A DNA stretch of 64,000 nucleotides from an uncultured Ruficoccus sp. (GTDB lineage Bacteria > Verrucomicrobiota > Verrucomicrobiia > Opitutales > Cerasicoccaceae): contig OZ223473.1 in the NCBI GenBank assembly GCA_965140785.1, positions 1-64,000 of the forward strand. The letters are read 5' to 3'. Each line of letters opens with the position of its first letter. The stretch's first letter is position 1. Both the position numbers and the translations under genes were made by a program. This document shows, in pieces, positions 1 to 9,392 of this stretch. The notes beneath the pieces are model-generated. The model was not told the DNA's origin and searched no databases. It saw only the letters and a program-made list of their open reading frames with translations.

Positions 1-199
1 GCGGGTGCCGCAACGGATCAGCGCGCGTGGTGTAGGCCTCGGGGCTGGCCAGCGTCTCGAAGAGCGCCTCATAGGCGTCGTAAGTGGCGTGGAAGTATTG
101 ACGGATTTCCTCGCGCTTGGCCTCGGGATCGCCGGTGTCCAGGCGGGGCGAAAACGGGCGGGCAAATTCGAGCGTGTCGGCGGAATAGAGAGTGGGCAT
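1..199 (-). CDS. ovoA: 5-histidylcysteine sulfoxide synthase OvoA (ovothiol biosynthesis), 5' portion only; runs off the window edge
   Basis: Not in the ORF track. My translation from ATG at 199 (minus strand): MPTLYSADTLEFARPFSPRLDTGDPEAKREEIRQYFHATYDAYEALFETLASPEAYTTRADPLRHP. The 'KREEIRQYF...YEALFETL...PLRHP' pattern matches the OvoA N-terminus that precedes the IFYxGHTA motif. Confidence 0.75.
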   Translation of the reverse strand, partial: MPTLYSADTLEFARPFSPRLDTGDPEAKREEIRQYFHATYDAYEALFETLASPEAYTTRADPLRHP

Positions 200-429
200 A
201 GGACAGAGGGTTGGGGTTGGCGGAGGATGTTCCCTCTAAGCCTACTCAAACGCCGGTCCCTGACAACCCACGGCGCGTATTTTTCCGGGGCTTACGCAGC
301 CCAGACCCGCGGTGCGTGTCCGCACAGGACATTGAGACAAACCAGTTGCCCCCCACAGATACCAGGCAAATTGTAATTGATTGCGAGCGTAGGAGCAGCG
401 CCCTCGCCATGCCAGCAGGTGCAACCCGC

Positions 430-2546
430 TTAAGCGGGCATGCCGGCAGGGGCGTGGCCCGGACCCATTTCCTCGCCCTTGTCGGAGGCGGGCTTTTTCT
501 TGTCCGTCTCTTCCTTGGCGGGCGGTTCGGTGGGCGGGGGCGTGTTGCTGACGACCGGCGAGCGCAGTTCGCCGAACTCGATGATCTCGTTGACATGCTT
601 GCCTTCGATCGTCTCGTACTCCAGCAGGGCATCGGCCACCTTCTGGTGGGCCTCCTTATGTTCCTGGATCATCTTATAGGCGCGGTCGTACTGCTCCTGA
701 ATGATCCTGCGGATTTCGCGGTCGATCATCCGGGCGGTATCGTCGCTGTAATTCTGGCTGCGGGTGATTTCCTTGGCCAGGAAGATGTGCTCCTGATTAT
801 CGCCGAGGGAAACCGGGCCGAGTTCGCTCATGCCCCAGTCGCAGACCATGCGGCGGGCGATGTCGGTGGCCTGCTTGATGTCGCTGGCCGCGCCGTTAGA
901 GTAGTCTCCGGTTTCGATCTCTTCGCCGATCCGTCCGGCCATGGCCATGCAGATGAGGTTGAGCAGATCCTGCTTGGAGTAGCCGATGACTTCCTTGGTC
1001 GGGGTGGTCATGGCCATCCCGAGTGCGCGTCCGCGCGGCAGGATGGTGACCTTGTGCAGTTCGCGCTTCTTGTCTTTGAGCAGGGCCTGGATGAGGGCGT
1101 GCCCGGCCTCGTGGTAGGCGGTGGCGCGCTTGTCGTCCTCGTCCATCAGCTTGCGGCGCTCGCGCCCGAAGGCAATCTTGTCGCGGGCTTCCTCAACGTC
1201 GGCCATCTGAACCTCGGACTTATCGTAACGGGCGGCCACGAGAGCGGCCTCGTTCAACAGGTTGGCCAAGTCCGCGCCGGAGAACCCGGCGGTGACGCGG
1301 GCCACCCGGGTCAGGTTTACATCCACCGCCATTTTGATCTTCTTGGCGTGAACTTTTAAAATTCTTCGCGGCCCTTGAGATCGGGCAGATCGATCATGAC
1401 CTGACGGTCGAAACGGCCCGGGCGTAGCAAGGCGCTGTCGAGCACGTCGGGGCGGTTGGTCGCAGCAATGATGATGACGCCCTCGTGCCCGTCGAAGCCG
1501 TCCATCTCGACCAGCAGGGAGTTGAGGGTCTGCTCGCGCTCGTCGTTGCCGCCGCCGAGGCCTGCGCCACGCTGGCGACCGACGGCGTCGATCTCGTCGA
1601 TAAACATGAGGCAGGGGGCGTTCTTTCGGCCCTGTTCGAACATGTCACGCACGCGGGCCGCGCCCACGCCGACAAACATCTCCACAAAGTCCGAACCGCT
1701 GATGGAGAAAAACGGCACGTCGGCCTCGCCCGCCACGGCCTTGGCCAGGAGGGTTTTGCCGGTTCCGGGAGGGCCGACCATGAGCACACCCTTGGGCACG
1801 CGGCCCCCGATTTTCTGGAATTTCTTCGGGTCCTTGAGGAAGTCCACCACTTCGGAAACTTCTTCCTTGGCCTCGTCGCAGCCGGCCACGTCGCGGAACA
1901 CCACCCGTTCCTTTTCTCGGGTGAGGAGCTTGGCGCGGCTCTTGCCAAAGCTCATCGCGCCCTTGCCGGCGGCGCGGAGCTGGCGGGTAAAGAGGAAATA
2001 CAGCAGCCCAATGATGATCAGGAAAGGCAGTAGCCCCACCAGAATGTCCTGCAGCATGGTGCTGGCGGGCTCTTCCTTGAGCGTGTACGGGTTGTCCGGC
2101 GAGGTCAGCTCGTTAAAACGCTCGTCGGTCAGGCGACCCTGTGCGGTAAAGGCGGTGGTGGCGGGAATTTTTTGCGCCTCTTCCCCGGTGGTGAGGGGTT
2201 TTTCCTTGGGGGCCTCAGCGGTGTCTTTGGCCGCCGTCTCGGACTTGTCCGTCGCGGCTGTGGCCAGGGCCGGGTTCTTCATTTCGCCCCAGATCTTGTA
2301 CCACTGGGCTCCGCCGTTGGGCTCGGCCTTGATGGAAAGCGACGTGATCTCCCCCGCTTCGGCCATCTTTATAACCTGATTGATCTCAAGGTTTTTAGCA
2401 CCGGTGTGCTCGCCCGGATACATGTACATGAGCATCAGGATCAAGCCGATCAGGGCGAGCCAGATTACGTACACCTTAGGCTGAAAACCTTGCGGCGAAG
2501 GCGGCTTCTGCGAAGAGCCGGAGTCTTTTTGGGAATTATCACTCAT
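430..2546 (-). CDS. ftsH: ATP-dependent zinc metalloprotease FtsH, split by a 1-nt frameshift near 1358
   Basis: ORF 1356..2546 has 2 TM segments, Walker A GPPGTGKT, Walker B FIDEID and SRH RPGRFDR. ORF 430..1332 has the HEAGH zinc motif. Adding one A restores [16 protein letters not shown]. Confidence 0.95.
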
Positions 2547-2569
2547 CTAAACAAGCAATTTATCATTTG

Positions 2570-3965
2570 CTAATGTGGGGCGTAAGTCAACCGAAGAGCC
2601 CATTGCGTAGGCGGGCGAATTTTAACAGCTTCGGCGGGCGGAAGGCCCGGCACCCACAGAATGTTACCAGTCGGTGAACAGACAACCGGTAGCCGTTTTC
2701 GTTCCAAAACCGGGATTTTCGCATCGGTGAATGCATCTTGAAGTTTCCGTGAGCCGGGCGCGCCCAGTGGCCGAAAGCGGTCGCCTTCGCGCCATTGCCG
2801 CACCAGTAGCGGTAAGGAAAGCCCCTCCGCCTCCAGGTAGAGACACGAACGGTTGTCGATATTTCCGGAAAAAATGTCGGTGCGGTCGATTTCTGTCAGC
2901 TCGACCCGCTCGACCCGCAGCCCGCGACCCGTCGGCAACCAGAGCGTCTGGCCAGGGCGCAACTGGGTTTCCGACCAGTTGCGCCAGTCCGATGACGCGG
3001 GCGTGTCTTTCAGCGAAAGCACCTGATCATCAAAAACTAACCACTCCCCTTCCCCGATGCTGACTTGTCCGCTCCGCCCGGACGTGAGTGCTTCCAACAG
3101 CCCGTCCACCGCACCCCGCCGAGAGGTGGCGCTGATGGCCGTTGAGCGCCAGCCAACGCTGAAGAGCCCGCCGCCACAGGGCGACGGGTTTGTCCCTCAG
3201 GACTGCGAACGGGAGTGGCTCCCCGCGTGCGATCACCAGTCCCAGCGAATCCAGCCAGGCATTGAGGGCGGCGGCGTCCTCGGCCAGCAGTCGATGCGAA
3301 CGGCTGAGTCCGGTCCGGGCGTTACCGGGGGCGGCGTCGAGCAGCGCAGGCAGTACGTCGGCCCGCACTCGGTTGCGGAAATAGTCCGGCTGGTCGTTAC
3401 TGGCGTCCTCGCGCCAGGGGATTTCATGCTGGCTCAGCACGTCGAGAATCCGCGCCTTGGAAATTCCCAGTAGCGGACGCACCAACGTGAGGCCATCGGC
3501 GAAAGGCTGCACGGGTAGCGGAGCGGCCAAGCCCTCGGTCCCGCTGCCACGGGTCAGGCGCATAAGAAGCGTCTCGGCCACATCGTCGGCGTGGTGGCCC
3601 AGCAGAATGGTCGCGCAGGCGCTTTGGCGGTAAAAGGCCAGCCGCCGTTCGCGCAAAAAAGCTTCGGAAGCACCGGCGGGTACGTCCGTCAGTTTTTCGC
3701 CGACGAAGGCCAATCCGAGTTCCCCGGCCAGTTTCTCCACGAACGCCGCGTCTGCGTCCGCCTCGCCCCCGCGCAGACCGTGGTTGAGGTGCAGCACGCG
3801 CAGGTTTTGGCCGAACTTTACCCAGGCCAGCAACAGCAGGCAAACCGAGTCCGCTCCGCCCGAGCACCCCACCCCGACCGGCCCGGTCATCATTTCCGGC
3901 CAGTCGATCCGCTCCGCCGCCAGCGCGGCAGCGACGGCTTCAGATCTTTCGTGGAGGGGCGGCAT
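2570..3965 (-). CDS. tilS: tRNA(Ile)-lysidine synthetase TilS, frameshift at a G run near 3115
   Basis: SGGADS PP-loop, GHHADDVAET, RPLL and EDASN...RNRVR. The C-terminal TilS_C domain (RKLQDAFTDAKIP...LWVPGL) is in ORF 2570..3109. tilS-ftsH synteny is common. Confidence 0.93.
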
Positions 3966-4078
3966 ACCCTCCCAAGTCTGCTCCCCGCCCCTCCGCTGGC
4001 AATGCTGCTTTTTAACTGGGCTTATGCAGCCCAGGCCCGCAGCAGGCATAGCCTGCACTTTCGATGCTGCGCATCGCG

Positions 4079-4123
4079 TCAGTGTTTGTTGAAAAGAGTG
4101 GAACTCTTTTCAACAAACACTGA
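4079..4123. repeat. Perfect 21-bp inverted repeat with a 3-nt loop
   Basis: TCAGTGTTTGTTGAAAAGAGT-GGA-ACTCTTTTCAACAAACACTGA, read directly from the sequence. Confidence 0.9.
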
Positions 4124-4254
4124 GGAGCATCAAAACTGGGTTGCACCATCGAGCTCAGGCACAGATCACGCGAACGAATGTTTTATTGGCGAAGCCGTGT
4201 CAGTGAAGGCTCCAATGTCGGTCTGGCGTTTGGGCGGAGCCCCGCAAACTGTAA

Positions 4255-5535
4255 CTACTTTCCGGCCGGGGCCAGTGTCTCAAATCCGGTCCAGCGGTGC
4301 AGGATCTCGGGGACCTTGACGGTGCCGTCGGCCTGGAGGTTGTTTTCCAGGAGAGCGGCGAGGACGCGCGGGACGGCGAGGCCGGAGCCGTTGAGGGTGT
4401 GGACGATCTCGGCCTTGCCGCCGCCCTTGGGACGGAAGCGGATGCCGGCGCGGCGGGCCTGAAAGTCGGTAAAGTTCGAGCAGCTGGAAACCTCCAGCCA
4501 GCGCTGCTGGCCACCGGCCCAAACCTCGAGATCGTACTGCTTGGCGTGCGGGAAGCCGATGTCCCCGGCGCACATGAGCAGGACGCGGTACGGCAGGCCG
4601 AGCTTTTGCAAAAGGACCTCGGCATTGTCGCGCAGCAGTTCGAGCTCCTCGAAGCTCTTGTCCGGGTGGACCCACTTGACGAGCTCGACTTTGTCAAACT
4701 GATGCAGGCGGTTGAGGCCGCGCACGTGCTTGCCCCAGCTCCCGGCCTCGCGGCGGAAGCACGGGGTGTAGCCGCAGCGGTACACGGGCAGGTCGCCCTC
4801 GTCAAAGGTCTCGTCGCGGAAGAAGTTCGTCACCGGCACCTCGGCGGTCGGGATCATGTAAAAATCCTCGGTCGGCATGTGGTACATCTGCCCTTCCTTG
4901 TCGGGAAGCTGGCCGGTGGCAGTGGCGCTGGCAGCGTTGACCATGAGCGGCGGCAGGACTTCCTGATAGCCGTTGACGCAGGCCTCTTCGAGGAAATAGC
5001 TGATCAGGGCGCGCACGAGGCGGGCCATGTCGCCGACATAGAACGGAAAGCCCGCGCCCGTGGCCTTGACCCCGCGCTCAAAGTCGATCGCCTGCGCAAA
5101 CCACGGGATGTCCCAGTGCGGCACGGCGTGAGTGGAGACGTCATTGGGCTCGCCCCAGGTGGCGGCCACGACGTTATCGTCCTCGGTGTGCCCGTCGGGC
5201 ACGCTGGCGTCGGGCATATTCGGGATGGCGAGGAAGAGGTCCTTCCACTTGGCTTCAACCTCGTTGGCGGCGGCTTCGAGGGCCTTGACCTCCTCGGAGA
5301 GGGCCTTCATGGAGGCGAGCTTTTCCTGAAACTCGGGGGACTTTTTGTCCTTGAACTGGCCGACCTCTTTGCTGGCGGCTTTCTGCTCAGCGCGCTTGGT
5401 CTCGGCCGTGTTGATGGCGGCGCGTCGCTCCTCGTCGAGCTTGAGGATGGCGTCCCAATCGACCGTGAATTTCTTCCGGGCGATGGCCTTCTTGAGCCCC
5501 TCGGGGTCTTCGCGTAAAAGTTTGATGTCGATCAT
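4255..5535 (-). CDS. serS: Serine--tRNA ligase
   Basis: MIDIKLLRE start, coiled-coil arm, PTAEVP, FRREAGSWG...RLHQFDKVE, EVSSCSN and HTLNGSGLA motifs. Confidence 0.98.
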   Translation of the reverse strand: MIDIKLLREDPEGLKKAIARKKFTVDWDAILKLDEERRAAINTAETKRAEQKAASKEVGQFKDKKSPEFQEKLASMKALSEEVKALEAAANEVEAKWKDLFLAIPNMPDASVPDGHTEDDNVVAATWGEPNDVSTHAVPHWDIPWFAQAIDFERGVKATGAGFPFYVGDMARLVRALISYFLEEACVNGYQEVLPPLMVNAASATATGQLPDKEGQMYHMPTEDFYMIPTAEVPVTNFFRDETFDEGDLPVYRCGYTPCFRREAGSWGKHVRGLNRLHQFDKVELVKWVHPDKSFEELELLRDNAEVLLQKLGLPYRVLLMCAGDIGFPHAKQYDLEVWAGGQQRWLEVSSCSNFTDFQARRAGIRFRPKGGGKAEIVHTLNGSGLAVPRVLAALLENNLQADGTVKVPEILHRWTGFETLAPAGK

Positions 5536-5747
5536 GGCAAAAGCAAAAGCGATCACTTTAGAACAGCCGCTCACGCGCTGGCAAACTTTTGTATCGGCCA
5601 TTCGTTATTGGTCGGGGATCGCGGCGCTCCACATTGGAGGATGCATGGAGAGCCGCTCCCGGCGTTCGCCCCACTGTCGTATAATGCAACACGCCACGTA
5701 CAAGCACGGCTTGACGCGGGTTGTTCAGTCGTTATTACTCTGGGGGC

Positions 5748-6336
5748 ATGGTTGCTGTTAATTCCACCATGCTCCCACTGGGCACGCCCGCCCCGGCCTT
5801 TCACCTGCCCGACACCCAGGGCAACACCGTCTCGCTGGAAGCCTTCGACGGAGCCAAGGCCTATGTGGTCATGTTCATCTGCAACCACTGCCCGTACGTG
5901 CGCATGCTGCGCCGCGAGATCGCCCAGCTTGCGGGCGAGTACCGGGATAAGAACGTGGCCTTTGTCGGCATCAACAGCAATGACATCGAGAACTACCCCG
6001 ACGACAGCATGGACAACATGGCCCGCGAAGTCGCCGAACAGGGCTACCCTTTCCCCTACTGCCTCGACGAAACGCAGAATGTCGCCAAGGCCTACCGCGC
6101 CAACTGCACCCCGGATTTTTACGTCTTCGACCATGAGCGCATGCTGGTTTACCGGGGGCAGTTCGACGACGCCCGGCCCGGCAACGGTGTAACCGTAACG
6201 GGTTCGGACCTGCGCGCCGCCCTCGATGCCGTCCTCGACGACGAGGAAATCCCCCGACGATGTGCAAAAGCCCTCCATCGGCTGCAATATCAAGTGGAAA
6301 CCCGGCAACGAGCCCGAGTATTTCCGGAAGGCATAG
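5748..6336 (+). CDS. Thioredoxin-family / AhpC-TSA-like protein, frameshift at a C run near 6251
   Basis: FICNHCPYV and CTPDFYVFD...YRGQFDD. Removing one C gives the family C-terminus QKPSIGCNIKWKPGNEPEYFRKA*. Confidence 0.88.
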
Positions 6337-6554
6337 CCCTTCATCCGCCGGTGCCATTAAAAGAAATATCCTTACCGCGGACATGCCCGGGTGGCGTAGG
6401 GGCTCAGCCTCTGCTGTGAGGCATGTGAAGTTTCTTTGAGTTGGCGACAATCGCCGTGGCCCATGCCGCCGCGTTAGAGGCGGCATCAGTGATGCGGGAG
6501 CATCACAGGTGCAGGACTTTGTCCTGCCCCTCAATGTCGAGTGCGGTCACGCAC

Positions 6555-9026
6555 CTACTTGGTTTTCATGACATAGACGCCGTCCCAGGTGTCGGGAGGC
6601 GGTGTGGTCTTCATCTCGGCGCAGCGGGCCTGCATGGCGAGGCTGGGATTGAGATGGACCCCCGCGTCGCGCCCGGGCTGGAACTGCTCCAGTTGCGCCG
6701 CTTTTTCAAACATGCCGGTGGCGGCATCCCACTCGCGACGGAAATACCGTTCGAGCGCCTGCTCGTAAATAGCGACGCACTCCAGTACCTCGGGCGGCAG
6801 CTCCGAGCGGAAACCGACCAGTTCGTACATGTGTACCGGCTGCTTGCGGCCCTTGACCTGCCACTTGTCCACGAAGCGGAAAAGCAGGTCGTCGCGCACA
6901 GCCCGGGCCTCGTTGCGGGTCTGCTCGCTGACGAGGGTATAGGCACCGGCGGACTTGGCCCCGCTCTCGCAGCGGGCGGCCAGGTTGACCGTGTCGCCCA
7001 TCATGGTGTAGTTGAAGCGCGCTTCCGAGCCCATGTTGCCCACGGTGGCGTGGCCGGTGTTGAGACCGATGCGGGTGCGCATCTGCGGTACGATCGGGGG
7101 CCACTTGTCGCCCTCGTCCGCCCACTTCTTACACAGGGCGGCCTGGCGCTGCTGGATGCGGGCGGCGGCCCGGCAGGCCTGGTAGGCATGGTGCTTGATG
7201 TGGATCGGGGCGTTGAACATGGCCACCATGGCATCGCCGATGTACTTATCGAGCGTACCGCCCTCCTCCTGCACGATGTCCGTCATGGCCGTGAGGTACT
7301 CATTCATCAGCTCGACCAGTTGGCGGGGCTCCAGGAGTTCGGAGAAACCGGAAAAACTCTGGATGTCGCTGAAAAAGGCGGTGATCGTCTCGTCCACCCC
7401 GCCCAACTGCGGCTCCTCGCCCGACTCGACCATGCGCTCAACCAGGTCCGGCGAGAGATAGGTGCCGAACATGCCCTTGATGCGGCTTTTCTGACGCTCC
7501 TCAACGAGCAGGCGGTAAACGGCGCCTGCCGTGGTGGTGGTGACAGCACAGGCCACCGGCGCGATCAACGGGATGACGAGGTGAAAACGGCTAAATGCCC
7601 AGAATACGGCCCCCACGTAGAGGCCCAGCACAACGAAGCTGGCCGACTTGTAGATCAGGCTGTGACGGCCGGTGGCGGTCCCGAGGTAGGCAACCACCGC
7701 GGTCAAGGCAAACAGGATGGCAATCTCGGCCCACCGGGGCAGCCGCTGAATGTACTGCCCGCTCATGAGCGTCTTGTAGAGGTTGCCATGGACGCTGACC
7801 TTGGGCACGGCGGTGGAGTCGAACGGCGTCGGCGCCAGGTCCTGCATGGCCTTGTCAGTGGGGCCGATCAGCACCACAGCACCCTCGAACATCTTGAAAA
7901 AGTCGCGGGCTTTCTGCTTGAGCTGCTCGGCATCGGGGCCGGTGGCACTTTCGAGGTTGTAGGCCTGCTCCATGATCAGTCGCACACTGGCGGCGGGATT
8001 AAGCTCGCGGTTGTCCCAACGCGAGAACCAGTTGGTTTCCACGACTTGGCCATCGATCAACGGGGCCTCGATCACAGTCTCGCCCTCCGCGTCTGTGACA
8101 CTCAGCGTGTCCTCGTCGATGGAAATAGCCTCGTGGCTCAGCCCCAGCTCGATCAGGGCCAGTTCGAGCGAGAGAGCGTAAAAGGTCCGTTCCGTCTCCG
8201 CCGGGAGCGCCGCCAACTGGTTAAAATCCTTGTCGAAGACGAAAACCTTTCCATCGAATGTATCGACCAGTTCATGGGCCTCCTGAGGACTGATCCCGAG
8301 ATTGCGGTAAATGCCATCCACGAGATTGAGGGTTTCGTAGGGCCCATGGGCACGCGCGAACAGCGGCACCCAACGCGGAACCGGCCCGGCATTGCGGACC
8401 TGGTCCATGTCGATCAGCCCGATTCCCTCCTGCCCCGGTCGCTTAATGATGGGATAAGTCGGCATCTCCGGAAACGTATCTCCGATGCCGGCCTGCGAGT
8501 CCTCTCGCAAGTAGGGAAAGAACCGGGTCTTCTCCTCAACCAGTTCGATGCTGCGGTCCTTTTTGCGGTCCTCGATGGTCAGAGGCAACAGGCTACCGCT
8601 GTAAAAAGCGGCAAACACGGTCCCCGGGTACTGTTCGGCCACCTGACCGAGCACCTGATCGTTTTGTACGATGGCTTCGTGCGAAACCATGGTCGAGTGT
8701 GCCTGGGGCGAAAACACGAAGTCGAACCCCACAGCCTTGGCTTTGCCATACTCGAACAGCACCCGCGCTACTTGCGCGTATTGTTCCCGCGGAAAGGGAC
8801 GCTCGCCCCAGTAGTCGGTGGTGGCCGCGTCCACATTCGCGTAAACGACATCGGCCTCGGGCACGGCCATTTCCCCCCGCACCTGGAAACGCCAGTCCAT
8901 GGCGAGGTTTTCCAGCGGCTTGAAAATCGGCTGCAAGGGTTCCCACTCGCTCAACGCCAGCCAGAGGATCACGACCGGTGCCATGATCAGGGCGAGTGTA
9001 AAATTACTGGCGCGGGGGGATGACAT
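6555..9026 (-). CDS. CHASE2-domain class III adenylate/guanylate cyclase
   Basis: CHASE2 motifs (DWRFQVRG, FPREQYAQ, VGFDFVF), 3 TM segments, cyclase motifs FFSDIQSFS, TLDKYIGDA, RIGLNTG, GDTVNLAAR and VKGR, plus a TPR-like tail. Confidence 0.93.
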   Translation of the reverse strand: MSSPRASNFTLALIMAPVVILWLALSEWEPLQPIFKPLENLAMDWRFQVRGEMAVPEADVVYANVDAATTDYWGERPFPREQYAQVARVLFEYGKAKAVGFDFVFSPQAHSTMVSHEAIVQNDQVLGQVAEQYPGTVFAAFYSGSLLPLTIEDRKKDRSIELVEEKTRFFPYLREDSQAGIGDTFPEMPTYPIIKRPGQEGIGLIDMDQVRNAGPVPRWVPLFARAHGPYETLNLVDGIYRNLGISPQEAHELVDTFDGKVFVFDKDFNQLAALPAETERTFYALSLELALIELGLSHEAISIDEDTLSVTDAEGETVIEAPLIDGQVVETNWFSRWDNRELNPAASVRLIMEQAYNLESATGPDAEQLKQKARDFFKMFEGAVVLIGPTDKAMQDLAPTPFDSTAVPKVSVHGNLYKTLMSGQYIQRLPRWAEIAILFALTAVVAYLGTATGRHSLIYKSASFVVLGLYVGAVFWAFSRFHLVIPLIAPVACAVTTTTAGAVYRLLVEERQKSRIKGMFGTYLSPDLVERMVESGEEPQLGGVDETITAFFSDIQSFSGFSELLEPRQLVELMNEYLTAMTDIVQEEGGTLDKYIGDAMVAMFNAPIHIKHHAYQACRAAARIQQRQAALCKKWADEGDKWPPIVPQMRTRIGLNTGHATVGNMGSEARFNYTMMGDTVNLAARCESGAKSAGAYTLVSEQTRNEARAVRDDLLFRFVDKWQVKGRKQPVHMYELVGFRSELPPEVLECVAIYEQALERYFRREWDAATGMFEKAAQLEQFQPGRDAGVHLNPSLAMQARCAEMKTTPPPDTWDGVYVMKTK

Positions 9027-9056
9027 AGCCGAAATGACCGATCACCAATCGCAAAC

Positions 9057-9386
9057 TTACTTTTTGGCCTCCTGGCCTTCGGGTGTCTTCACCAGGTGGA
9101 GGACGCGCATGCTGGCGCCTTCCCCTTGATTGGGGGTGACCGCGGGCAAGGCTGCCAGCGGCAGTGGCGGAGGCTGGTAGCGGAATAGATTGGCCAGTTT
9201 GACATCCGGCCCCATGGCCTTGGAGCGAACGACCTCCGCCTGTTCGTTAGAAGCGGCGGATTCCGGGGACGCAGGAGAAGCTGCTGGCCGGGCGTCCGGC
9301 TTGCTTTCGTCCGCCGCTTGCAACAGGGCCGCGAGAGCGAAGTTCAGGACCAAGACACACAGACAGGTGGAGAAAAAAGATTTCAT
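9057..9386 (-). CDS. Small secreted hypothetical protein
   Basis: 109-aa ORF with a signal-peptide-like N-terminus, co-oriented and tightly spaced between the ligase and cyclase genes. Confidence 0.6.
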   Translation of the reverse strand: MKSFFSTCLCVLVLNFALAALLQAADESKPDARPAASPASPESAASNEQAEVVRSKAMGPDVKLANLFRYQPPPLPLAALPAVTPNQGEGASMRVLHLVKTPEGQEAKK

Positions 9387-9392
9387 CGTGGC

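Noticed and set aside
430..3965. ftsH and tilS (also glnA, cysS, sdhA) as pseudogenes
   Set aside because: Each break is repaired by one indel, all catalytic motifs are intact and several genes are essential, so sequencing error is the simpler explanation.
6441..9023. 860-aa plus-strand ORF and other long antisense ORFs (e.g. 29629..31494, 60073..61971, 4297..5517)
   Set aside because: These are shadow ORFs opposite well-supported genes, expected from high-GC codon bias, and show no recognisable motifs.
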